Assembly (NCBI GenBank): GCA_964389425.1
Contig: CAYMEC010000003.1
Coordinates: forward strand, 1,065 to 65,064
Length of the DNA: 64,000 nt
Reading direction: 5' to 3'
Source: an uncultured Roseovarius sp.
GTDB taxonomy: Bacteria > Pseudomonadota > Alphaproteobacteria > Rhodobacterales > Rhodobacteraceae
Shown: one piece after another, positions 56,231 through 64,000 of the stretch
Numbering within the stretch: the stretch's first letter is position 1
Layout: each line of letters begins with the position of its first letter
Position numbers and translations under genes: made by a program
Notes under the pieces: model-generated
Databases searched by the model: none
Told to the model about the DNA's origin: nothing
Seen by the model: the letters and a program-made list of their open reading frames with translations, nothing else

Positions 56231-56617
56231 TCAAAGCGGCCCGACCACCTGCTCGATGCATGCCTTCAGCTCCGGCGTCGAAAACGGCTTCTTGATGTAA
56301 TTGTTCATGCCCAACTGATTGCCGGTATCGATCATTTGTTGCGTGGCTTTGCCGGTGATCAGGATGAAACCGATCTTCTGGGTGGTCTGGTATTTTCGCA
56401 ACCCGGCCAGCAACTGCAACCCGTTCGCGCCGGGCATGTTGTAGTCCGAAATTACCAGATGAACGGGCTGTGCAGCCAGTCGTTTGAACGCGGTTTCGCC
56501 ATCGGCACAGTAATCGATCTTCTTGATGCCGAGATCTTCCAGGGCCTGAATGATCAGACCACGGCTGACAGCCATGTCGTCGACCACCATCACCGACAAA
56601 CGATCCTTGGTACTCAT
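56231..56617 (-). CDS. cheY: Chemotaxis response regulator, CheY2-like
   Basis: VVDD, ISDYNMP, ILIT, KKPF; resembles remembered S. meliloti CheY2. Confidence 0.9.
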   Translation of the reverse strand: MSTKDRLSVMVVDDMAVSRGLIIQALEDLGIKKIDYCADGETAFKRLAAQPVHLVISDYNMPGANGLQLLAGLRKYQTTQKIGFILITGKATQQMIDTGNQLGMNNYIKKPFSTPELKACIEQVVGPL

Positions 56618-56684
56618 GAGCTTCTCTCTTTTTTAAAAGTGTCACAGCGCGACCCCGGCTTTTCCGGATCGGCATTTTCCCAGT

Positions 56685-57569
56685 TCAGATGCGTCGATAT
56701 TGCGTGATGCCAGCCGGTTCAAAGCGGGCCTCGCCTGCGCCGCTCAACCGTTCGGAATGCCCGATGAACAGCATGCCACCGGGCGACAACGCATCGGCAA
56801 ATCGCGGCCACAACTCGGCCTGTGTGGCCTTGTCGAAATAGATCACGACATTTCGGCAAAAGATCACGTCAAAGGCGCGTTCCATCGGCCACGGACCGAT
56901 CAAGTTGAGTTCCGCATATGTGATCAGATTGCGCAGCTCGGCAGTGGCCCTTTTCATCGCACCGTCCCCTGACGTCTCAAAGTAGCGCGATGAAATGCTG
57001 TCCGGCATCCGGTCGAACTCAGAACGGGCATACACCCCTTCGCAGGCGGTCCGAAGGCTCGTCGGATCCAGATCGGACGCCAGAATCCTGATGTCCAAAT
57101 CCAAGGCTTCCGGGCACAGACGCACTACCTCGATGGCAATGCTCAAAGGTTCTGCACCGATCGAACAGCCCGCCGACCAAATCCGCACCGGCACGCCGGT
57201 TTTCGCCTTGGCAATCAACGGCGGCAGCACTTCGGCGCGCAAAGTGTCGAAATGATGCGGTTCACGAAAAAAACGGGTGACATTCGTTGTCAGCAAAGAC
57301 AGCATCTCGCGCCGCTCCCGCTGCCCACTTTGGGCACTGACGAAATCCAGATAGCTGTGAAAATCTTTCAAATTCAGCGCTTTCACCCGCCTCCCGAGGC
57401 GGGAGACGATCAAGTTGCTCTTGCTTTTGCTCAGCTTGATACCGGCCTCGGCACGCACAAGATCGGCGATGCGTTCAAAGGCAACGTCGTCCAGGCCAAC
57501 ACCCCGGGAGGGCGTCAGATGTGGCTCTGAGTGGCGGCCAGACGGCTGGATGGCAGTCTCAGGCGGCAT
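56685..57569 (-). CDS. cheR: Chemotaxis methyltransferase
   Basis: LTTNVTRFFRE.HHF, WSAGCS.G.EP.S, FCRNVVIYFD, GHSE. Confidence 0.96.
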   Translation of the reverse strand: MPPETAIQPSGRHSEPHLTPSRGVGLDDVAFERIADLVRAEAGIKLSKSKSNLIVSRLGRRVKALNLKDFHSYLDFVSAQSGQRERREMLSLLTTNVTRFFREPHHFDTLRAEVLPPLIAKAKTGVPVRIWSAGCSIGAEPLSIAIEVVRLCPEALDLDIRILASDLDPTSLRTACEGVYARSEFDRMPDSISSRYFETSGDGAMKRATAELRNLITYAELNLIGPWPMERAFDVIFCRNVVIYFDKATQAELWPRFADALSPGGMLFIGHSERLSGAGEARFEPAGITQYRRI

Positions 57570-58026
57570 GTTTTCCCTCTTGATCCAGGATCATGCCCAG
57601 TTCGAGCCGCCGGATCATCTTATCATCCTGTATCAGCACACCGGATATGAACTGCCGGACCGTCTCGTCGACAATCTCGGGGATCGGCTGCAAATCCGCC
57701 TCGGATACGGTCAGGATGTCAGAGACCACTTCCGCCAGAAGGCCCACGGTCTGATTGGCGACGACCGCGATGATGATGACATGACGCGCGCCGGGGTCTG
57801 CCGCCCCAAACCCGAGACGTTGGGACAGATCGATCACCGGAACGACAGAACCGCGCAGGTTGATGACCCCTTTCACGAAAGGTTGTGCATGGGGCAGCGC
57901 CGTGGTGGATGTCCAACCGCGAATTTCCCTGACCGAGGCCAGATCGAAACAGAAATCCTGCCCTGCGACGCGAAACGCCACAACTTCCAGATCGCGATCG
58001 GCGTTTTCCAAAATTGCGTCTTGCAT
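57559..58026 (-). CDS. cheW: Chemotaxis coupling protein
   Basis: VREIRGW...T.LPHA..FVKGVINLRG.V.PVIDL. Confidence 0.95.
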   Translation of the reverse strand: MQDAILENADRDLEVVAFRVAGQDFCFDLASVREIRGWTSTTALPHAQPFVKGVINLRGSVVPVIDLSQRLGFGAADPGARHVIIIAVVANQTVGLLAEVVSDILTVSEADLQPIPEIVDETVRQFISGVLIQDDKMIRRLELGMILDQEGKHAA

Positions 58027-58028
58027 GT

Positions 58029-60275
58029 CTAAACCGCCATTTTCATTGATGTCTCTCCGGGACCGCCTGATCCCAAATCCCGCATGACTGTGTCTGCGTC
58101 GATGATCAGCGCGATGCGCCCATCGCCCAGAATGGTGGCCGCCGCCACACCGCTGATTTGTTGGTAATTTGTCTCAAGGCTCTTGATCACGACTTGGCGC
58201 TGATCCTGTATCGCATCGACCACAAGTGCATAACGTGGCCCCTGATCCGCAGCGATCAGCAACAACACGTGATCCTCAAGCGTATCCGGTGCCGAGCGGA
58301 ATCCGAAGAACGCGCCCAGATCGACCACCGGCACCAACTCTCCCCGGTTGCGCAGAACCAGTGAATCGACGCCAAGCCGGTCCAGATCCTCCGCGGTGGG
58401 TCGGATGGTTTCCTGCACCGAAGAGATCGGCACAACCATGGTTTCGCCGCCCACCTGCACGACCATCCCCTCCAGCACGGCAAGCGTCAGCGGCAAACTG
58501 ATCGAAAACGTTGCCCCCTCGCCCGGGTTCGATTGAATGGCCACGCGACCGCCCAGTTTATGAATGGCGCTGCGCACCACATCCAGCCCAACGCCGCGAC
58601 CGGACAATTCCGACACTTCCGTTTTCGATGAGAAGCCCGGCATGAAAAGAAGGTGATCAATCTCGCTGGGGCTCAACTGATCGGTGTCCTGAATGAGCCC
58701 GCGTTGAACCGCGAGCTTGCGCACCACTTCGCGGTTGATGCCGCCGCCGTCATCGACCACGTCGATCAGGACACGACCCGACCGATGCGCCGCACTTAGC
58801 GTGACCGTGCCCTCCGCAGGTTTACCCACCGCCTTGCGATCTTTAGGCGATTCCAACCCGTGGTCGATTGCATTCCGGATCATATGCGTCAACGGATCAA
58901 CCAGACGTTCGATCACGGTCTTGTCCACTTCCGTGTAATCCCCGATCGTCACGAACCGGACTTTCTTGCCCGTGGCGGTGCTGGCCTCCCGCACGATACG
59001 GGCCATGCGCTGGAACATCGGCTTCACGGGTTGGGCGCGAATGGCCATCACGCCTTCCTGGATCTCATTTGCGATCTGCTTGACGCTGTCCAGCGCGGCC
59101 GACACGCCCGATCCCCGCGCGATATCCAACTCACCCACGGATTGAGACAGCATCGCTTCCTTGATCACAAGCTCCCCCACAAGGTTGATCAGTTTATCAA
59201 TCCGGTCGAGATCCACGCGGATAGTGCTGGATGATTTGGTCGTTTTTGCAGCCTGTTTTGCGGGCGCCGCAGCCACGGCTGATTTGCGATCAGCGCCGCT
59301 TTGATCAGCGGACGCACGCGCCTCACCGGCTTCGTTTTTATTGCCTTGGGGGCTTCCGAAACCTTCCGCCCCGCCGCAAAGATCCGGCAGCAGATCACCC
59401 AAACCCGGCATATCGAGAACGGCCGGTCCGGCCCCATCGATGTTGACACCATCCGGGCCATGATCACGCAGGTCTCCATCATCCGGAAACCGAAGGTCAC
59501 CGCTCACATCTATGGAGCTGTCGATCGTCAATTCGCAGCAATCCTCGACGAATTCGAAAACGTCCTCTATTTCGGCCTCGCCGCCATCCGTCGTCACCCG
59601 GATCAGCCAGCTTATCCGGCACGACATGGCATCCAGATCAGACAACGCGGGAAGGTCGCTGATATCTGCGGCCACCTCCGTTTCGCCCAAACGGGTCAAC
59701 GCTCGGAATAGCGGAGCAGGCTCGTTTCCTGCTGCAAACAACTCCGCCCTGGGCTGGAACCGAACAGTGTAGACCAAGAGGCCCTGGCCCGTTTCCGTTT
59801 CCGTTTCCGTTTCCGTTTCACCGTCCAAACCGGCATCAAGACCCAGATCAAGCGTGACCGGATTGAAATCCGGGACCTCTTCTTCCTGCATGTCGCCCGT
59901 GATCTCGAGCAGACGCTCTTCAAGCTCGGCAGAGGCTGCTGTGGGGTTGTTACGGCCAGCGCGGGCCATGGTTACCAGATCGGACAGGTTATCGCCGCAC
60001 ATGCGGAACAGGTCCAACATGTCATCGGTCAGATCCACATTGCCCGACCGGATCGCATCCATCGCCGTTTCGAATTTGTGGGAAAAGTCGATGACCGCTT
60101 CAAGACCAAACGCACCCGCACCGCCCTTGATGGAATGGACCGCGCGAAACACCCCGTTCACCGCCTCGACATCGTGCGGATCGTCGGCCATGGCATCCAG
60201 GCCATCCTGCGTTTGTTCGAGAAGCTCTTCACATTCCTCGAAAAAACTGCTGCGGAAATCTTCTTTGCCGGACAT
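58029..60275 (-). CDS. cheA: Chemotaxis histidine kinase
   Basis: Hpt FRAVHSIKGGAG, IRVD..RID.L.NLVGEL, HMIRNAIDHG, DDGGG, GFSS, GRGVGLDVV, C-terminal CheW domain. Confidence 0.97.
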   Translation of the reverse strand: MSGKEDFRSSFFEECEELLEQTQDGLDAMADDPHDVEAVNGVFRAVHSIKGGAGAFGLEAVIDFSHKFETAMDAIRSGNVDLTDDMLDLFRMCGDNLSDLVTMARAGRNNPTAASAELEERLLEITGDMQEEEVPDFNPVTLDLGLDAGLDGETETETETETGQGLLVYTVRFQPRAELFAAGNEPAPLFRALTRLGETEVAADISDLPALSDLDAMSCRISWLIRVTTDGGEAEIEDVFEFVEDCCELTIDSSIDVSGDLRFPDDGDLRDHGPDGVNIDGAGPAVLDMPGLGDLLPDLCGGAEGFGSPQGNKNEAGEARASADQSGADRKSAVAAAPAKQAAKTTKSSSTIRVDLDRIDKLINLVGELVIKEAMLSQSVGELDIARGSGVSAALDSVKQIANEIQEGVMAIRAQPVKPMFQRMARIVREASTATGKKVRFVTIGDYTEVDKTVIERLVDPLTHMIRNAIDHGLESPKDRKAVGKPAEGTVTLSAAHRSGRVLIDVVDDGGGINREVVRKLAVQRGLIQDTDQLSPSEIDHLLFMPGFSSKTEVSELSGRGVGLDVVRSAIHKLGGRVAIQSNPGEGATFSISLPLTLAVLEGMVVQVGGETMVVPISSVQETIRPTAEDLDRLGVDSLVLRNRGELVPVVDLGAFFGFRSAPDTLEDHVLLLIAADQGPRYALVVDAIQDQRQVVIKSLETNYQQISGVAAATILGDGRIALIIDADTVMRDLGSGGPGETSMKMAV
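59789..59818. repeat. Hexanucleotide tandem repeat (CCGTTT)x5 encoding (ET)x5 in CheA
   Basis: Five perfect copies read directly; protein DGETETETETETGQG. Confidence 0.95.
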
Positions 60276-60278
60276 GAC

Positions 60279-60650
60279 TTACCCTTTGCTGGCCACGCGC
60301 TCGATGGCCCAGAGCAGTTTTTCCTCGTCAAATGGCTTCACGATCCAGCCGCTGGCCCCGGAAGCGCGCGCGCGGGCCTTCATCTCCGCGCCAGATTCTG
60401 TGCTGAGCACCAGAATGGGCACAACGCGGTCGCGCTTTCTTTGCCGCGCCGCCTCAATGAAACCGAAGCCGTCCATCTTAGGCATGTTGATATCGGTGAT
60501 CACCACATCGGGATCCGTGTCGTCAAAAACGCGCAAACCGTCTTCACCGTCTTCAGCAAGATCCACATCAAAACCGGCCGGGCACAGGGTTGCCTGCAAC
60601 AGGTTTCGCATGGTCCGGGAATCATCGATTGCGAGGATTTTCAGGCTCAT
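60279..60650 (-). CDS. cheY: Chemotaxis response regulator, CheY1-like
   Basis: AIDDS, ITDINMP.MDG, VLSTE, WIVKPF. Confidence 0.92.
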   Translation of the reverse strand: MSLKILAIDDSRTMRNLLQATLCPAGFDVDLAEDGEDGLRVFDDTDPDVVITDINMPKMDGFGFIEAARQRKRDRVVPILVLSTESGAEMKARARASGASGWIVKPFDEEKLLWAIERVASKG

Positions 60651-60952
60651 GATGCCCCCTGACCTGCTGCGGGCACAGCATCCGCAAAACCCAGATCTCC
60701 ATGGGCGAGGCCCAGAACCTCACCGGCCCGGATCAGTTCGCCCGAAACCTCCACCACCCGGAAGGCGTAGTCATCTTGCCTCCACTGTTTCGTTGCGGAG
60801 GCCAACACTTGCAGTCCGAGCGCACCTGCCGTTTTGACGCGCCCGCCATTCAGCTCAATGGGTTGCCCACGGCGTTTCAGCAATTCCGCCGCGACCTGTG
60901 ACGCGGTTGTGCCGTCGAAATGCTCCGGCAAGAAAAGTCTGTCGTCGGGCAT
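60647..60952 (-). CDS. STAS-domain chemotaxis protein (CheS-like)
   Basis: About 100 aa from ATG 60952 (AAGGAG RBS): LPEHFD...GALGLQVL.SA.K.W; first gene of the operon, ATGA-coupled to cheY. Confidence 0.78.
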   Translation of the reverse strand: MPDDRLFLPEHFDGTTASQVAAELLKRRGQPIELNGGRVKTAGALGLQVLASATKQWRQDDYAFRVVEVSGELIRAGEVLGLAHGDLGFADAVPAAGQGAS

Positions 60953-61304
60953 GCGCGCTCCTTCTGCGTCCATCGTCCACTCACACAGGCCGGAAAGGCG
61001 CGATACGCACAATGCCGGGCCACGGTACGCCAAGGCAATTCGATCCGGGCCAGGTCGCTCAAGTCGGGCAACCCAGGTCAGGACGCACAAATGAAACGCG
61101 TCTGCTGTCCGGCCAGTCGATGAAATCTGCCGTTGATGTCCGACGCGACATTTGCCGCAACAGACAAATAATCCGTTAACCGCCACCGGGCTCTGGGGCG
61201 CAAATTCGTAAAATTCAGGACAAGCGGCCTTTGCGCCCGGCACGCTGCCGTTGTCGGATTCTTAAGGGGCACCTCTTAAACCTCTGGGAAACCAAAGCCC
61301 GATT

Positions 61305-62444
61305 ATGGATCTGCTCGTGCCTCAAACTCCTGTACGTTCTTGCTTTCTTATCGTTCAGGGCAACCTGCCACGCGCCCTGCGGATCATGTCCGATATGCGC
61401 ACAGCCTGTCCGATGGCCATGCTGCGTCATGCTTCGGATCTGTCCGAGGCGCGTGACCTGTCAGAAAAGGCGCATCCGGACCTGGTGATTTTGGATAAGG
61501 ATGTCCTGCAAGAAGAAGGGATTGCCGTCTTCATCTCCTTGCTTTCGGCCTTGGCCGTCGATTGGGTCGTGGTCTATTTCGACACAACCACGGATCGCCT
61601 GCCCGAGCGGCGGCAGATCCGGTTTGATGCACTTCAGTCCTTTGTGACGTCCGATTGGCGATCCCGTGCCGCCACGACCGATGTGCCAGATTGGCAAGAC
61701 GATACGCGACCTCCCGTGCCCCAAGCAGAGGGCAACAGGACGGAATGGCAACAGGGCACAAAAAAGACTGACCGCGCATCAGATGCGCCCACCGGTCAGC
61801 ACTGGAAGCCGGTTGTGATTGGCGCCTCGACGGGCGGGATCGATGCGTTGATCGAAGTGCTTTCGCGGTTTCCGGCGCATGGCCCGCCAACACTGGTCGT
61901 TCAGCATATCAAAGGGTCGTTTGTTCCGGGCCTTGCCGAACGACTGGATCGGATCTGTGCCCCGTCGGTCCGGGCGGCGGAAGGCAACGAACTGCTCGCC
62001 CCCGGGCACATCCTCTTGGCGCCGGGCAACAGCCGACATCTTGAAATCTCTCAGGACGGGCGCCGCTGTCGACTTGAAAACGGACCGCCGGAAAATGGTC
62101 ATCGCCCGTCCGTAGACAGGTTGTTTGCATCTGCAGCCCGGGCCCTGGGGCCAAACGCAGTGGGGATCATCCTGTCCGGCATGGGGCGCGATGGCGCATC
62201 CGGCCTGCTGGCAATGCGTGATTGCGGCGCCTGGACGATTGGGCAGGACCAAGTCACATCCACAGTTTACGGCATGCCGCGTGCCGCCGCTGAAATGGGT
62301 GCGCTGCGCGAAGAACTCCCATTGTCACGGATTGGGTCAGCCGCGCTCAAAGCTGCCTCCCTGCCGCATGGAACAGATACACCTCAGAGCATGGCACATC
62401 CCGGCATACATGCCCCAACTCAGAAGAAGACGCATGATGCTTAA
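61305..62444 (+). CDS. cheB: Chemotaxis methylesterase with a degenerate receiver domain
   Basis: IGASTGG, VVQH, HRPSVD.LF, LSGMGRDGA, VYGMPRAA catalytic domain. Confidence 0.93.
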   Translation: MDLLVPQTPVRSCFLIVQGNLPRALRIMSDMRTACPMAMLRHASDLSEARDLSEKAHPDLVILDKDVLQEEGIAVFISLLSALAVDWVVVYFDTTTDRLPERRQIRFDALQSFVTSDWRSRAATTDVPDWQDDTRPPVPQAEGNRTEWQQGTKKTDRASDAPTGQHWKPVVIGASTGGIDALIEVLSRFPAHGPPTLVVQHIKGSFVPGLAERLDRICAPSVRAAEGNELLAPGHILLAPGNSRHLEISQDGRRCRLENGPPENGHRPSVDRLFASAARALGPNAVGIILSGMGRDGASGLLAMRDCGAWTIGQDQVTSTVYGMPRAAAEMGALREELPLSRIGSAALKAASLPHGTDTPQSMAHPGIHAPTQKKTHDA

Positions 62445-62967
62445 CTCTACCAGAGGTCCCTTCAACGTAAGACAAGGTGAATTTCGCGTGTCGAACAACC
62501 CCAGTGATCGTTTCTTCTGCGTTCTGGGGTCCTGCATCGCCACGGTGTTTCACGACCCGGTGGCACGCATCGGCGGCATGAACCATTTCCTGCTGCCCGG
62601 GCAAGACCCCAGCGCATCGGCAGAGGTAAAGTACGGCGCCCATGCGATGGAACAACTGGTCAATGCGCTTTTGCGGGCCGGTGCCGCCAAATCCCGCTTG
62701 GAAGCCAGCCTGTTCGGCGGCGCGAAAGTGATCCGGGTGGGCCCCCCGATCGGAGCAAACAATGCCCGATTTGCGCAGGAATTTATCCGGCAAGAAGGTT
62801 TCAGACTGACGTCATGCGACGTCGGCGGCACCTATGGTCGGAGGCTCGCTTTCATGCCGTCCACCGGCGCCACGAAGATCGATGTTCTGCGCGAAACGGC
62901 TGCTTTGCCACGCACAAGCACGCCCGCGCAATCGCAGCGCCCCTCCGGAAGCATCGAGTTGTTCTGA
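62434..62967 (+). CDS. cheD: Chemoreceptor glutamine deamidase
   Basis: V.QGEF, LGSCIA, GGMNHFLLP, YG.HAME.L.N.L, LFGGA, DVGG..GR. Confidence 0.93.
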   Translation: MMLNSTRGPFNVRQGEFRVSNNPSDRFFCVLGSCIATVFHDPVARIGGMNHFLLPGQDPSASAEVKYGAHAMEQLVNALLRAGAAKSRLEASLFGGAKVIRVGPPIGANNARFAQEFIRQEGFRLTSCDVGGTYGRRLAFMPSTGATKIDVLRETAALPRTSTPAQSQRPSGSIELF

Positions 62968-63097
62968 ATTTTCTGGATCGAGGCGAAAAAAGCGTTCCGA
63001 AACAAAGGGGGCGGCAACGGGTTCTTAAAGTCTTGATGGCAAGACCGGGTGTGATGCCAGTCGCCTTGTTTGGCGTTTGAGTGAGGAAGGATATCCA

Positions 63098-64000
63098 ATG
63101 CTGCGTTCCGCGACGCTGAACACCAAAGTTATGCTGACCACGATAACCACCGTGATCGCCTCCATGGTCGGTTTTGCAATCATCATGGGCATCTTCCAAC
63201 GTGACGCCTTGCAAGCGGAAAAGGATTTCGAAACCTCCGTCGCGATCAACGTGATGACAGAGGCGCTGATCCGCAGCGCCCAACTCGACCTGTCCGTTGC
63301 CACGCCCAAAACCGTCACCGATGAACGCGGAACGATCGACTCGCTGACGTGGGATGCGCTGCCTCGCGATGGGCTGGACGCAACCCTGGGCCGCGTCACC
63401 ACGCAGTCCCGCGTCTACGTCTCCCTTCTGTCCCACGACGCCGCAACCGGCACGTTTTCGAGAATCGCAACAACGCTGCCTGAAGTTCAGCTTGGCGCGG
63501 TGTCCGCCGATGTCGCCGACCAAATCCAGAGGGATCTGCTGGATGAGGTCAGTGGATACAATGGCCTTATCTCCGGAAGGTCCCGTGACTTCATCGTAAA
63601 CTGGGTGCCAATTCGAAATGCCACCGGCACACTTGTCGGCGCGCTGGAAGCGGGGGTCGACAACGCACTCGTCACCGACAAGCTGACCTCCTTTGCGTCG
63701 ACGGCCGCCATTGTCATCGCCGTGCTGTCCGCGGTGATCACCCTCACCGTGTCCGTAGCCCTGAACCGGGTCATGAAACCGCTTCATGATCTGCGCGGCG
63801 CGATGAAGCAAATGTCGGATGGGAATTTCAACGTGGACATCCCCAATACCGGGGTGCGGGATGTGGTGGGCCACATGGCGGACACCTTGCGGGACTTTCG
63901 CGAAAACCTGTCCAAAACCAAATCCTTGCAGGAAGACCAGGAAAGACATCTCAAGGAAATTGCCGTGCATCGGTCTCAGGAAGATGTTTTTGCCGAACAG
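63098..64000 (+). CDS. Membrane chemoreceptor (MCP) N-terminal part: TM - Cache-like - TM - HAMP (runs off the window end; absent from the ORF track)
   Basis: Manual translation from ATG 63098 (GAGGAAGG RBS) is open to 64000: MLRSATLNTKVMLTTITTVIASMVGFAIIMG...WVPIRNATGTLVGALEAG...MKPLHDLRGAMKQMSDGNFNVDIPNTGVRDVVGHMADTL. The signalling domain is not visible, so a histidine kinase cannot be fully excluded. Confidence 0.8.
   Translation, partial: MLRSATLNTKVMLTTITTVIASMVGFAIIMGIFQRDALQAEKDFETSVAINVMTEALIRSAQLDLSVATPKTVTDERGTIDSLTWDALPRDGLDATLGRVTTQSRVYVSLLSHDAATGTFSRIATTLPEVQLGAVSADVADQIQRDLLDEVSGYNGLISGRSRDFIVNWVPIRNATGTLVGALEAGVDNALVTDKLTSFASTAAIVIAVLSAVITLTVSVALNRVMKPLHDLRGAMKQMSDGNFNVDIPNTGVRDVVGHMADTLRDFRENLSKTKSLQEDQERHLKEIAVHRSQEDVFAEQ

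Noticed and set aside
55764-56663. Imperfect inverted similarity GAAACCGGGGTCCCTGTG (about 55765) versus CACAGCGCGACCCCGGCTTTC (about 56643) flanking cheT-cheY
   Set aside because: Short, gapped and GC-rich; no transposase or target duplication; probably chance.
55854-56675. 273-aa ORF from the track
   Set aside because: Its N-terminal part overlaps cheY in another frame; only the portion from ATG 56210, which has an RBS, looks real.
60647-61243. 198-aa ORF from the track
   Set aside because: The upstream half is promoter-region sequence; the STAS protein starts at 60952 after AAGGAG.
1-64000. CRISPR arrays, rRNA, riboswitches, toxin-antitoxin or defence genes
   Set aside because: No repeat-spacer pattern or recognisable motifs were seen; the intergenic gaps are short and mostly explained. 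An Infernal/Rfam scan would be needed to exclude small RNAs.

Overview
A GC-rich alphaproteobacterial chromosome segment; gene content and order suggest a marine Rhodobacteraceae (Roseobacter-group) organism, which is an inference. Three zones. (1) 1-18504, housekeeping/core-like: rpoD (partial), dnaG, soxBDAG, gdhA, three Tad/Flp pseudopilin-type genes, a TetR regulator, lipoprotein-hom-glpX-recJ and tRNA-Glu(TTC). (2) About 18570-52760, a tRNA-adjacent catabolic region of regulator-plus-operon modules, mostly with a betaine/methylated-amine theme: TetR with a histamine/TMA dehydrogenase-like enzyme, a non-pyrrolysine MttB and an MFS transporter; a GlxA-type AraC regulator with carnitine-type CoA beta-oxidation genes (Bco/Cdh/CaiD-like) interleaved with trigonelline-pathway-like genes (TgnB/C/D-like) and an orphan Tat-exported family-5 binding protein; GntR with an aminotransferase and an AruI-like decarboxylase; LacI with a DUF1989-GcvT fusion and ProVWX; LysR with an LLM enzyme and an SDR. 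Clear palindromic operator candidates lie in several of the divergent promoters. (3) About 52770-64000: GT2, a putative kynurenine formamidase with kynU, and a chemotaxis cluster split into two divergent units. No integrase, transposase, CRISPR array or rRNA was found. The strongest candidate for an undescribed system is the hybrid Tgn-like ring-opening plus carnitine-like beta-oxidation locus at 24199-36690. All family assignments come from motif recognition and remembered reference sequences, not database searches.
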